A stretch of DNA of 64,000 nucleotides. Origin: a virus. Each line of letters begins with the position of its first letter. Positions within the stretch are counted from its first letter, which is position 1. The position numbers and the translations under genes are program-made. The notes below the pieces were generated by a model, which was given only the letters and a program-made list of their open reading frames with translations, did not search any database and was not told where the DNA came from. Below, piece by piece: positions 1 through 9,314 of this stretch. Where the stretch lies: positions 1 through 64,000 of the IMG/VR virus record IMGVR_UViG_3300029959_000014; one strand, given 5' to 3'.

Positions 1-227
1 TTTATCTGGATTTAAAAATTCATCACGATAGACACCAGATGCTCCCTGTTTAAGTGGTGCCAAATTAGAATGATCATTATCATTATCAATACGAATCTCA
101 AGCACACACGGATCTGCCTGTAATACATCAGTTCCATGAATATGCTTCATCGCACCACAACCTAACACATATCTTACACCTTTTTCATAGGCTTGAGCAA
201 TACCTGAACACTTTATAACTCGCATAC
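1..227 (-). CDS. hypothetical protein, C-terminally truncated by the window edge. The N-terminus reads MRVIKCSGIAQAYEKGVRYVLGCGAMKHIHGTD.
   Basis: The minus-strand reading frame is open from ATG (rc of cat at 225-227) to the window edge. A C...HxHG motif is weakly reminiscent of the PTPS/QueD fold. It is co-oriented with the surrounding array. Confidence 0.3.
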
Positions 228-264
228 TAATCTAGTATTATAAAACTAATGTGTTATTAATCTT

Positions 265-516
265 TCACGCCGATACCATTGGTGGGAATGTCGTGGTGAA
301 TGTTGACCAACCACAATTATCACATCTATACACATACATTGGTGTTATTAGTCCCATTAAAGTTATATAAAACACCACGCGCCTTTCACCACAACACGGG
401 CAAGTCACATTGCTGTATATGTGTTGTTTATTTTGACTTCCCATGGAAATAAGCACAAATGAAATAATAAACAGTAGCAACACTAGTATACTAACCATGA
501 CCAGGTATTCTATCAT
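265..516 (-). CDS. small membrane protein with a C4 zinc ribbon (CPCC...CDNC)
   Basis: It has an N-terminal hydrophobic helix followed by two CxxC pairs. Confidence 0.4.
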   Translation of the reverse strand: MIEYLVMVSILVLLLFIISFVLISMGSQNKQHIYSNVTCPCCGERRVVFYITLMGLITPMYVYRCDNCGWSTFTTTFPPMVSA

Positions 517-582
517 ATTTAAATAATATAAGTTATATTATAAAAAGATTACGGTCCAACCACTAGTTTTATATAACGGCAT

Positions 583-662
583 GACCAATATGTATGTGCC
601 CAACAGTAATAGAATGACAACAAGGAAGAGGGATCTTTCCTTTTGTTGTTTTGTTATGATGG
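583..662 (+). repeat. dispersed ~90-nt intergenic repeat, copy A (ATGTATGTGCCCAA ... hairpin ... TTTTGTTGTTTTGTTATGATGG)
   Basis: The conserved 5' and 3' blocks are shared with copies at 29201-29288, 54587-54670, 30474-30555 (inverted) and a partial copy at 6576-6600. The central segment forms a different but complementary hairpin in each copy. Confidence 0.6.
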
Positions 663-778
663 AATTGTGGCTACGTGTTCGCTCTTTTGTTAAACTAACT
701 CATTTACAGTAGTTTGAACGATATTTATATTGACTCATATAAATATTTAAATATATAAAAGATAAATTAATAATCTAT

Positions 779-1393
779 ATGCCAAAGAAAGGTGAAAAGA
801 TGCCTGAAGAATGGAAAGAAAAAATAAGAAAAGCACATCTCGGCAGATCTCATCCATGGCAAGTCGGAATTCCTTTGAGTGACGAGCACAAAGAAAATAT
901 TAGAAAGTCTAGATTGGGTTCGTCATCGTGGAACAAAGGATTAAATTTGAGTGATGAACACAAAAGAAAGATTGGAGAGTCTAATACTGGAAAAATAATT
1001 TCAAGAGAATCTATCGACAAGGCATTAGAGACAAGAAAGTTAAATAATTATCCGGTATTAGAAAATAATCCAAATTGGAAAGGTGGGATTTCATATGGAA
1101 ATTACTGTCCAAAGTTTAATAAAAAGTTTAAAGAAAATGTTAGAAATTTCTTTGGTAATGTATGTGTAATATGTGGGAAAACTAAAGAACATAATTCGAA
1201 TTATGAATTAGCAATACACCATGTAAATTATAACCCATATTCAATGTGCGATGATAGTCCTAAAATGTTCGTTCCATTGTGTATAGGATGTCATAATAAA
1301 ACAAGGACAAATGTAGAATACTGGAAAGTGTATTTCACATCATTAATAAACGAAAAATATGAAGGAAAATGTTATGATGTAGAATTATTATAA
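779..1393 (+). CDS. HNH homing endonuclease with NUMOD3-like repeats
   Basis: It carries repeated SDEHKxxIxxSxxG modules and a C-terminal HNH/zinc motif RNFFGNVCVICGK...HHVNYNP...CIGCHNK. It is one of only two plus-strand genes. Confidence 0.75.
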   Translation: MPKKGEKMPEEWKEKIRKAHLGRSHPWQVGIPLSDEHKENIRKSRLGSSSWNKGLNLSDEHKRKIGESNTGKIISRESIDKALETRKLNNYPVLENNPNWKGGISYGNYCPKFNKKFKENVRNFFGNVCVICGKTKEHNSNYELAIHHVNYNPYSMCDDSPKMFVPLCIGCHNKTRTNVEYWKVYFTSLINEKYEGKCYDVELL

Positions 1394-2241
1394 TCTACAC
1401 TTTTTACCAAATTTATTGGAAATCCATTAGATCCTGTTGGGACATAAAACACTTCTTTTCCAGATAGTTTGTCAAGCCAATACCACTGCAAATAATGATT
1501 ACTTAAACTATCACTGATGATTCGATTTGCATCTGCAATACCTTGGGCTTCAGCGCGTTTACGATCTGCTTCAGCAACTTCTTTCTGAACTTCAAATTGT
1601 TTCTTTTGAATTTCCTGCTCCATTTGTTGTTTTGCTTCAATGGACTGTTTAACTGCTGCTGGAGGTTCTACCTGACGAAGCAGAACATCCTCGATGATGA
1701 CACCGCGAATTGATAGATATGTATCTAAACGCTGTTTGATGTCTGCACTTAAATTAGTTCGACCAGAACTGTAAAGGGTCTTTGTGTCATAAACAGCAAA
1801 CGAATCACGAATTACCGATCTGATAGTAGGATCAATCACTGTGTCTTTGTAACCTATACCCATTGTTTTATAAATCATAGGTGCTTTCATCGGATCAATA
1901 CGGTAATTGATCGACACATCGGTTGTAATGGTCAATGCGTCTGATGTGAGAACACTAGCCTGTTGTGTATCAACTTGGGTTTTTGCGTCAAATACAATGA
2001 TGTCAGTAATGAATGGCATAATGAAATGGATTCCTGCTGGAACTGGATCATCACCCACGTTTCCCCAAATATTGGTAACACCAACTTCTCCTGGATTAAT
2101 AATGATAATCGCAAATGACGCTATACATAATAGAAATGCAATCATAAACGCCAGCGTTGCTTGATTTCCATATTCTCCAAATACAAGCAATATTCCAATA
2201 ACGAATATTACTATAGCAATAATCAATAATGGTAGAAACAT
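1372..2241 (-). CDS. SPFH/band-7 (prohibitin/HflK-like) membrane protein
   Basis: There are two N-terminal TM helices, an SPFH core (GVTNIWGNVGDDPVPAGIHFIMPFITDIIVFDAKTQV...INYRI) and an A/E/Q-rich coiled C-terminus (EAKQQMEQEIQKKQFEVQKEVAEADRKRAEAQG). Confidence 0.75.
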   Translation of the reverse strand: MFLPLLIIAIVIFVIGILLVFGEYGNQATLAFMIAFLLCIASFAIIIINPGEVGVTNIWGNVGDDPVPAGIHFIMPFITDIIVFDAKTQVDTQQASVLTSDALTITTDVSINYRIDPMKAPMIYKTMGIGYKDTVIDPTIRSVIRDSFAVYDTKTLYSSGRTNLSADIKQRLDTYLSIRGVIIEDVLLRQVEPPAAVKQSIEAKQQMEQEIQKKQFEVQKEVAEADRKRAEAQGIADANRIISDSLSNHYLQWYWLDKLSGKEVFYVPTGSNGFPINLVKSVDYNNSTS

Positions 2242-2377
2242 TTTAAATTACACCTTTGAGTTGTGTCCAACTCTACAATGTAATTTGATACATGTATATT
2301 TATAATTAACTAAACGGTATCAAAACTTAACTATACACCATTTACAATAGTTAAAAATATAAGTTAATTGATAAAAC

Positions 2378-2575
2378 TTAATCGCTTTTAATGCGAGATC
2401 TCGCGAATACGCTGGTGAACCAAACCATTGCAAGATATGTCCACATGGTGAGTTCAATTGCTTTTGTGAAGAATACTCCGACGAACAAGGTATTAAGCGC
2501 CCAAATAGTGATGATTGGACATACAACAATAAAGGCTATAATCAATACAACTAACAGGATTTCCCTATCATACAA
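2378..2575 (-). CDS. small hydrophobic membrane protein (65 aa), uncertain
   Basis: It has two predicted TM segments. It lies in a 540-bp intergenic gap with overlapping alternative ORFs. Confidence 0.2.
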   Translation of the reverse strand: MYDREILLVVLIIAFIVVCPIITIWALNTLFVGVFFTKAIELTMWTYLAMVWFTSVFARSRIKSD

Positions 2576-2769
2576 TTATAAATATGTTGTTATAATATGT
2601 AAACTTAACTATAACATCCCATCCACATTTTGAATTGAATCCACTTCCAATATACAGCGGTGAATAAGTCATGTTCAGCGAGTTTAAAACGAAGGCGTAA
2701 CATATTTATATAGTGTGATTTCATCACATAAATAATTATGCTTGAAGTTATATAAAAAGAATGGGATAA

Positions 2770-2781
2770 TTTCGCGCGAAA
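2770..2781. promoter_or_regulatory. perfect GC palindrome TTTCGCGCGAAA immediately 3' of the GT47 gene stop
   Basis: This is a 12-nt GC-core palindrome in an AT-rich context. It is related to the TTTCGCGCCGA upstream element. Confidence 0.35.
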
Positions 2782-2790
2782 ATTGTAATG

Positions 2791-3705
2791 TTAAGTTTGC
2801 TTTATAATGCGGTTGATATCATCTTCATAGTAATCGAAGTGTTTTATATAGCCATCAACACTACAATATTCGTGGTAAAGTTTGACCAACTTGTCTTGGT
2901 GTTGTCTAAATGATTTGTCATCGGTGAATTGATTGTGGAAATTGTTTACATCATCACGAATGTTACGGAGATCATTGACGTTCACTATGCATTGATCCCA
3001 GTCGATTTCGTTCTCGAATGGTAGTGGGTCGCCGGTGTCAATGTGAACTGGGATGCGACCACTGGCTAACAATTCGTAAAATCGCGCGCTGTAATTGCCC
3101 CAACCACGAACAGCAAGACCATATGGATGTTGTGACATCGCATGATAATATTCACTTGGATTGAGTCGTCTACCACTGATGTGATGGAAACTTCCCTGGA
3201 TAAATTGAGTCATCCTCAAATCAATCTGGGTGTTAAGTCCACAAGTCGCTAATGACACCACGCTCATGTATCTGGCATTTTGTTGTGGAAATATCTGACC
3301 ATTTTCCATGATCACGAAATCACCAGCAAACCAAACACTCGGCTCATCATCAAAGTCAAGATGCTTCAATTGCTTTAGATGACTATAATCGGTGTATATG
3401 AATAGTAATTGATTGTCACTGACACCCTTTGTGATTGATGGTCGAAGTTCAACACCTTTGAAACCTTGTATGGGGATGTCTGGAGCATCAACAATCATGA
3501 AGAAGCCATCATACTTATTGAGATCTTTGAGTCTTGACATTGGGCCATCTTCGTTGATGTTGCCTTCGTGGTAGAATACTCCTGGATAAAAATTATATGT
3601 ATCACATATATCCTTTAACTTCAAATACAGGACATGATCGACTTCTTTTCTACCCTCTCGAATTTCATCAAGAGAACTTTTAGTTAAAATAACATTACTG
3701 GGCAT
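2791..3705 (-). CDS. exostosin-like (GT47 family) glycosyltransferase
   Basis: The C-terminal block ARFYELLASGRIPVHIDTGDPLPFENEIDWDQCIVNV matches the exostosin motif RFxEAL.xGCIPV....W.LPF.E.IDW. Confidence 0.5.
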   Translation of the reverse strand: MPSNVILTKSSLDEIREGRKEVDHVLYLKLKDICDTYNFYPGVFYHEGNINEDGPMSRLKDLNKYDGFFMIVDAPDIPIQGFKGVELRPSITKGVSDNQLLFIYTDYSHLKQLKHLDFDDEPSVWFAGDFVIMENGQIFPQQNARYMSVVSLATCGLNTQIDLRMTQFIQGSFHHISGRRLNPSEYYHAMSQHPYGLAVRGWGNYSARFYELLASGRIPVHIDTGDPLPFENEIDWDQCIVNVNDLRNIRDDVNNFHNQFTDDKSFRQHQDKLVKLYHEYCSVDGYIKHFDYYEDDINRIIKQT

Positions 3706-3729
3706 AAAATGGTGTGGGTAATGTAATAG

Positions 3730-4101
3730 TTAAACATTCGTTAACTTTTCTTTATGTTCATCATAATATCCAAGTAAGTCACTAAATGAAGCATTACTAT
3801 AAGATGAACCATCATCTAACTCTACAGGATTAGGTTCAAGTCCAATTGATTTGAACAATGGAAGTAATTTTTCAAAGAAACATTCTAAACATATATCAGG
3901 ATCCCAGTTATGTGAATCGCATGGCTCATAATACCAACGAGAGTAGAATAAAGCCATTCTAAATCCAAATTCAACAATCTCACCGTGATTATAATATTTT
4001 TGTTTAAATGCCTTTCCACAAATGTCACATGTTGTACGATCAAGTTCAACTTTAGTGTGTTCTGGAATAAGAACGTCTTTATAATACTTCATGGTTTTCA
4101 A
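3730..4101 (-). CDS. hypothetical Cys-containing protein
   Basis: It has a CDICGK...CLEC pattern and no recognised family. Confidence 0.4.
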   Translation of the reverse strand: MKTMKYYKDVLIPEHTKVELDRTTCDICGKAFKQKYYNHGEIVEFGFRMALFYSRWYYEPCDSHNWDPDICLECFFEKLLPLFKSIGLEPNPVELDDGSSYSNASFSDLLGYYDEHKEKLTNV

Positions 4102-4249
4102 GCGAATAATTCAGGGTAAAAATCAAGTAGGCTGGTCTGTGACTTGTCAACGATTCTAATAACGCTAAATTCGTTTGTCATAACAATACTTGGTCGTGAC
4201 TTTTTATAAAACTTGCGATCTAAAAATAGTTGTGTAAGATCTACAACTG

Positions 4250-5026
4250 TCACATGAACTTTTCAAGGATTTCATCCCCATCTTCACTTGATTCAGAAAG
4301 TTGAGATTGTTCATTAGGTTTGTGGTATTTATTAAGCATTTTACCAATAATGTTTTTACGTTCTCCTATGTCAGAATATTCTAATTCATGGAGAACAATA
4401 TCAGCACCAATTGCAAGAGATACTCTAGCCAAATCTTTAATCGATGCTTTGTTTCTCATACCACGACGATGGTGTCCCATTGAAGTTTCGTTTATCATAA
4501 TATTTTCTTCCATGTATCGTCTACGTGGGACTACTCCATTTTCATGATGAGATTCATAAGTATCATGAACTGCCTGCATTAATGGATAATGATTTTGTTT
4601 AGTGATTTCGCGCTGTTCATCCCAATTATCCGCAAGTAAACCACTTGCTTTTGATAGAAATTGCTTTTCATATGCTTCGCCCAATACAGTTGTTGCCCAT
4701 TTCTTAAATTTTATAATTGTTTGTCTTTTATCTTCAGGATATGATTTAGTATTAATCATAAACATAAGCCCGATTATACCATCTCTTGACAAACAAACCT
4801 GTTCTATTGGAGATCCATTCATCCGGGATACAGTGTCCCGGATGTAAAGACCGTCAAATGTGTCACTATTTCTACCTATAAGTTTCCTTATAGTATCATT
4901 TTCAACTCCGATTGCATTAGAAATGGAAGTGACGGATATATACTTGATACCGTCCTTAATTACGCATTCAACAGGAGTTCCCATGAATTCCATTTTAACA
5001 ATTTCATTACTAGATTTCTTCATCAT
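4250..5026 (-). CDS. Bro-N/KilA-N domain DNA-binding protein
   Basis: The N-terminus FMGTPVECVIKDGIKYISVTSISNAIGVENDTIRKLI fits the Bro-N pattern (F..G..V...DG..Y.....I..AIG..N...R..I). Confidence 0.45.
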   Translation of the reverse strand: MMKKSSNEIVKMEFMGTPVECVIKDGIKYISVTSISNAIGVENDTIRKLIGRNSDTFDGLYIRDTVSRMNGSPIEQVCLSRDGIIGLMFMINTKSYPEDKRQTIIKFKKWATTVLGEAYEKQFLSKASGLLADNWDEQREITKQNHYPLMQAVHDTYESHHENGVVPRRRYMEENIMINETSMGHHRRGMRNKASIKDLARVSLAIGADIVLHELEYSDIGERKNIIGKMLNKYHKPNEQSQLSESSEDGDEILEKFM

Positions 5027-5226
5027 AATTTCCTACATGTTGATTAACAAAAGAATAGAAAGACTTATAACAAATAAAAGACAACATATAGAATGTAACT
5101 TCTTTTACTTGAGATAGATCTGGAACATCTAATCTCTTATTTTTATCAACATAATATAGTTATAACTATAAGTTAATATATTTAACTATTACGATACATC
5201 GTTCTAAAAATAGAGGGTGAGTTGGA

Positions 5227-6078
5227 TTACTCACTCGATGTTGCATTAACGTTGGTAACTTCGTCTTCAACTGCTTGTTGTGAGGTTTGATTGTCCACCA
5301 CTGTTTTGTTAGATGCATATCCATCCACAGTTGTAGTGTTGAGAACTTTGTTGTAGGCATCTTTGAAACCGGTGTATGAGGTCTTGTAACCTGCCTCATA
5401 ACCACCAGTGGATGAATTAATCTGGGTGTTGTCGTGCTTGATGATGTCGTTTTCGTAGCCATATGATGTATCGGACTTGTTAAATCCTTTGATTGCACTT
5501 GAGTGGAAGTCACGATATGCATAACCCTGATCGGCAGCAACATACAGATCATTAATCATGGTGTCATCAACAGTTCCCGTAGTGGAATCCAATTGCACGT
5601 TTCCAGAGGCCATTGAACTGAACTTTCCACTAACACGCTGTTCACTTGGATACCTTGAAGTCGATAGATTGCTGTCCATAGCCACGATGTTTCCAGCAGC
5701 ATCACAAATAACATCTGGACGATTGCTTTTGAGATCGGTGATACCTGATGTAGCGTCAAAATTTATCATACCGAGTGTATCGACATTTGCCACATTCTTA
5801 TATACATTGGAAGTTGCCGCACTAACAGTTACAGATTCTGTGTGTGCTGTTCTCCCAAGTGTCAAGATTGTTTGACTGTTGCCTTGTTCATTTAATGTTC
5901 CAGCAATCTGCCCAAACTTGTAACTTCCATCCAGCGTGGAACTATACACAGCGGTTCTAGAAGTAATACTATCGCTTTGCCCATACGATTCAAATTTGGC
6001 TGCTGCAAGTGATGGCGCCACTATAATCATCAGACAAAGCGTAATGAAAGTTATGTGTTGTAAAAGTTGTAGTTTCAT
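5227..6078 (-). CDS. secreted Ser/Thr/Asn-rich protein (signal peptide)
   Basis: An N-terminal cleavable-type hydrophobic leader is followed by a low-complexity S/T/N/G-rich body, a candidate envelope or glycoprotein. Confidence 0.5.
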   Translation of the reverse strand: MKLQLLQHITFITLCLMIIVAPSLAAAKFESYGQSDSITSRTAVYSSTLDGSYKFGQIAGTLNEQGNSQTILTLGRTAHTESVTVSAATSNVYKNVANVDTLGMINFDATSGITDLKSNRPDVICDAAGNIVAMDSNLSTSRYPSEQRVSGKFSSMASGNVQLDSTTGTVDDTMINDLYVAADQGYAYRDFHSSAIKGFNKSDTSYGYENDIIKHDNTQINSSTGGYEAGYKTSYTGFKDAYNKVLNTTTVDGYASNKTVVDNQTSQQAVEDEVTNVNATSSE

Positions 6079-6336
6079 GTGATCACTTTAAAATTTGTTT
6101 TATAAAAATAAAAGGTTGCTTATTAGTTACGTTGTTCTTGATCTGTCATTTTTGGATTCCTGTTAGTGCGCAAACTTTGTTGTAAACTTTACGGACAAAA
6201 CTAACCTTTGTTTCAGCAATTACTTTATCAATTTCATTACCGGTGTTACCTTGTGGTGTCAAGTCCTTGTTGAACAGTGATGGTCGTCTCAATTTGTTTC
6301 CTCGTCTAAATTAACTATAAATTGCACAATATTCAC

Positions 6337-6492
6337 CATTATAGTTTTTCATTGCCGTCGAATGGGCAGTTTTTCTTTTCGCGTTCGGTTCGAAGATCGA
6401 CTGTTTCATCGATGATTTTATCAATCTGCTCGCTGGTATCTTCACGATCACCAGAAAGATCTTGATCTAAAAGGGATTTTCGCCTAGCCATA
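6337..6492 (-). CDS. small acidic ORF (51 aa) with its own promoter elements
   Basis: It begins with ATG (rc of cat 6490-6492). The CGCGCCGA element and a TATATAA box lie 55 and 25 nt upstream respectively. It is below the size cutoff of the ORF track. Confidence 0.3.
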
Positions 6493-6534
6493 CAAGTGGT
6501 ATGTGGTTACACTTATATAATAGTTATGGTATAA

Positions 6535-6546
6535 TTTCGGCGCGAA
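6535..6546 (-). promoter_or_regulatory. upstream GC element TTCGCGCCGAAA (gene orientation)
   Basis: This is one of at least 4 copies placed about 50-75 nt upstream of start codons. Confidence 0.4.
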
Positions 6547-6713
6547 GAATAGAAAACTGACGGATGTAGCCTAGCAACATAACAACGAAAAAGAAAACCA
6601 CAAAGAGGCATGTGGCTTTCTGTGACGTATGTTAGTAATGGGGGGGTACATACAGGTGGTTGTTCACGTTATATAAATGTTGTGTTCTAGTTGTAGAAGT
6701 CAAAAGGTAAACA

Positions 6714-9059
6714 TTAGAAGCCAAATTTTTGTAGATTGGTTTGACCTTTTATTGCTGTGTTCCATTCAATGTCAACTGCCCAGAAATATGATTCAAGTTT
6801 CTTCTTTATGGTTTTTTCAGCCATTAATTTCCAATCTACTAGATGTGATATTTGTGAGGTATCAAATCCATCATCTATACATATTGTTTCTCCATGTTTA
6901 AGGTGGACCAATCTTGGTTTTTCTCCTTCTTGGATTGTATAGTTGAAGTGTTGTAATGCATAGGTTTTCCCATCAGCCCAAGCATTCTTTTCACCATTGT
7001 AATTGGTCTTACGAAGTTCTCTAGGGATGGATATATCGTAGATATTGGCTGTTCCATCAAGAACCGATCGGTAATGATCACGGACGAATTTTGTTGCTTT
7101 TTCAACTTCACCTTTAAGTAGAGTTGTTTCTAATAAATAAGATAGACACTGTTTGGTCATTATTGAATTATCTGAACGTTTTATTTCAAGTCCCATGAAT
7201 TTAAATTCATCGCAATCTCTACCTTCTTCCCAGATGAGATGACCAGCATACTTCTTCTTACTAGCCTGTGATCTATCATTGGATTTTGGCTTAAAGATTA
7301 TACGACGAAATAATTTTTCAGATTTCAATTTGAAATGGATTTTACATCCTTGTTCATCGGACCACTTTACTAATTCTTCATTTAACCATTTTTCAAAGTA
7401 TAAACATTCGGAGCCTGTTTTGACCTCAGAAAAGAAAACGGAGTCCGTATCGCCGTAGATTACCGATTTCCCCTTCAATTTGACGAGTTCTTGAATATGT
7501 TTATTGATCTTTTGCCCAGTGGCAGTTACGAATGCTGCTTTTTCTTCATCATAACATTCAGATGACTCTGCGCCCATAATTCCATAAATAGAGTTCACCA
7601 GAGCCTTTGCTGCGGAATCACGTGCACTAGCACCGTCTAATCCACGATTCTTCTGATCTCTATAGACTTCACGCAGATCCATAAGTTTTTGAGTGGACTT
7701 GTGAATTATTCCATCGCAGTCACTAGAAAGTTCGTAGGCTAAAATTATGTGTGGGTAAAGGGAATTCAAGTCAACTGTTGCTACCCACTCATGTACACCG
7801 AGTTTTGGAGTGACAACTAATGCACCTGGAAACTTCGGTCCATCATCTTCATCGTCACCTTTGTATTTACGGCGAGGAAGGGGTTTGATGCCTTCATGTC
7901 GAACATAGGTGGCAATGATGGTGCTGTTGTGTAGACTTTCAGTAATTTTGTTCCCTGCGATAAATCGTATGGATTCAAAGAATTTGTAGAGTCCAAGTTT
8001 CTTGTCAATTACTTTGAGGGCCTTAATATCGTTTTTGCAGTATGCTATGAAATCATCCCATCGTTCAGCAACAATAATATCATTGATGATTGGCCCAAGA
8101 TCTTGATATGTGTATGCTGCTTCTTTTAGAAGTGATTTGTCAGATATGACTGATTTAAGACCATTAGATTCTCTTTGACCTTTACCAACATTGTATTTTT
8201 TGAATGCTTCCATCATATCGAGACATGCACGACCAGGAAGATAGGATCTGAATTGTTCACGCTTCTTATATATGGTTATCTTCGTTGATGGTTCAGCATA
8301 ACGACATAGACTTTTCTTTAGTGTTCCTTGGGTTCGTAGAATTTTAGCACGATTAATAATATATGGTATGTCGAATTGATCACTGTTCCATGCAGCAAGA
8401 ATATCTGGATTAAGTTCTTGGATATAAGCCATTACCATTTGGTAGAGTTCTTGTTCAGTCTCACACATGAATTGATCGGGATCATTTGATTTACCAATTG
8501 CGTAAGTGAATACGACTTCCTTGTCATTGTAGTTGTTGCCAATTTGGATAGATACGATTGGGGCAGTTGCTTCTTTTGGTCCAGTAAATCCACCAGTATT
8601 GTCCCAAGTCTCAATATCAAAATACATTACAAGGGGATCCATAGGATGATCGACTTCAACTGGAATTGGCTTATTGTCTATTACTTTGTAAGCATAACGA
8701 ATTTTATGATCGATCAGGAATCGCTTATCAAATAATACATCGCTTTCACGAGTGAACGAATATCCAAGATCTCGAACATCTCGAACATCAGTAGGAATGT
8801 TTACAATAACTTTTCTAATTTCGTTATGTTTATAGTCTAATAGGATTTCATCTTCAATTCGTTTAATTGCTGGATGAGAAAACTTTGTTGCTTCATTAGC
8901 AGGCACATATAAGTATGGTTCATATGGAAATGAATGAGTTGCAGTGACCATGGGATCTTCGTAACATCGAGAATAGAGATTTACAATTGGTATACCACTA
9001 TGTCTGTCAATGTAATAACCAGATTCCATGACCACATAAGTGCGATCATCAGCATTCAT
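6714..9059 (-). CDS. polB: family B DNA polymerase
   Basis: Exo I FDIET, motif A DLNSLYP, motif B KALVNSIYG and motif C YGDTDS are all present in order. At 781 aa it is compact. Confidence 0.92.
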   Translation of the reverse strand: MNADDRTYVVMESGYYIDRHSGIPIVNLYSRCYEDPMVTATHSFPYEPYLYVPANEATKFSHPAIKRIEDEILLDYKHNEIRKVIVNIPTDVRDVRDLGYSFTRESDVLFDKRFLIDHKIRYAYKVIDNKPIPVEVDHPMDPLVMYFDIETWDNTGGFTGPKEATAPIVSIQIGNNYNDKEVVFTYAIGKSNDPDQFMCETEQELYQMVMAYIQELNPDILAAWNSDQFDIPYIINRAKILRTQGTLKKSLCRYAEPSTKITIYKKREQFRSYLPGRACLDMMEAFKKYNVGKGQRESNGLKSVISDKSLLKEAAYTYQDLGPIINDIIVAERWDDFIAYCKNDIKALKVIDKKLGLYKFFESIRFIAGNKITESLHNSTIIATYVRHEGIKPLPRRKYKGDDEDDGPKFPGALVVTPKLGVHEWVATVDLNSLYPHIILAYELSSDCDGIIHKSTQKLMDLREVYRDQKNRGLDGASARDSAAKALVNSIYGIMGAESSECYDEEKAAFVTATGQKINKHIQELVKLKGKSVIYGDTDSVFFSEVKTGSECLYFEKWLNEELVKWSDEQGCKIHFKLKSEKLFRRIIFKPKSNDRSQASKKKYAGHLIWEEGRDCDEFKFMGLEIKRSDNSIMTKQCLSYLLETTLLKGEVEKATKFVRDHYRSVLDGTANIYDISIPRELRKTNYNGEKNAWADGKTYALQHFNYTIQEGEKPRLVHLKHGETICIDDGFDTSQISHLVDWKLMAEKTIKKKLESYFWAVDIEWNTAIKGQTNLQKFGF

Positions 9060-9079
9060 AACGATATATTTGTATTTAC

Positions 9080-9089
9080 TATTATAAAA
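9080..9089 (-). promoter_or_regulatory. TTTTATAATA promoter box 20 nt upstream of the polB ATG
   Basis: The exact 10-mer occurs at the same distance in many genes. Confidence 0.6.
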
Positions 9090-9107
9090 GAGAATGTAAG
9101 TTAAGGA

Positions 9108-9314
9108 TTATTCATCAACCAATACATAGTTATCCTTGCTGGTTTCAATCACAATAACACTACGGCATTTCTTGCACGCCGAAGTAGAACATATGGTATT
9201 GTCGTTGTGATCGGGTTCTTCCATACTAACGACCATTTGCCCACTACAAAAAATACATGGTCGATAAATGTGATTTAGGTGTTTAAATAATTTGATTTTC
9301 ATGTAAAGCCCCAT
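9108..9314 (-). CDS. small Cys-containing protein
   Basis: It is a co-oriented ORF with a CIFCSGQ...CKKC pattern. Confidence 0.35.
   Translation of the reverse strand: MGLYMKIKLFKHLNHIYRPCIFCSGQMVVSMEEPDHNDNTICSTSACKKCRSVIVIETSKDNYVLVDE

Noticed and set aside
1-227. I considered QueD/PTPS-like (7-deazaguanine pathway) for the truncated first gene, from C-x5-HIHG.
   Set aside because: Only a loose C...HxH pattern is present, the N-terminal His pair is missing, and the protein is cut by the window edge. It is kept as hypothetical.
1907-2164. Plus-strand ORFs lie inside minus-strand genes (for example 1907-2164, 4320-4547, 4602-4847, 16293-16556, 18603-18995, 26980-27489, 57337-57522).
   Set aside because: They are antisense to well-supported genes (SPFH, Bro-N, UvrD, the 679-aa orphan, the 418-aa protein, RuvB). 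They have low-complexity composition and no start-region motifs, so they are AT-rich-frame artefacts.
5166-5552. A 128-aa minus-strand ORF overlaps the 3' half of the secreted S/T-rich gene.
   Set aside because: It is an alternative frame of 5227-6078 with proline/threonine-rich nonsense composition, so the longer signal-peptide ORF is preferred.
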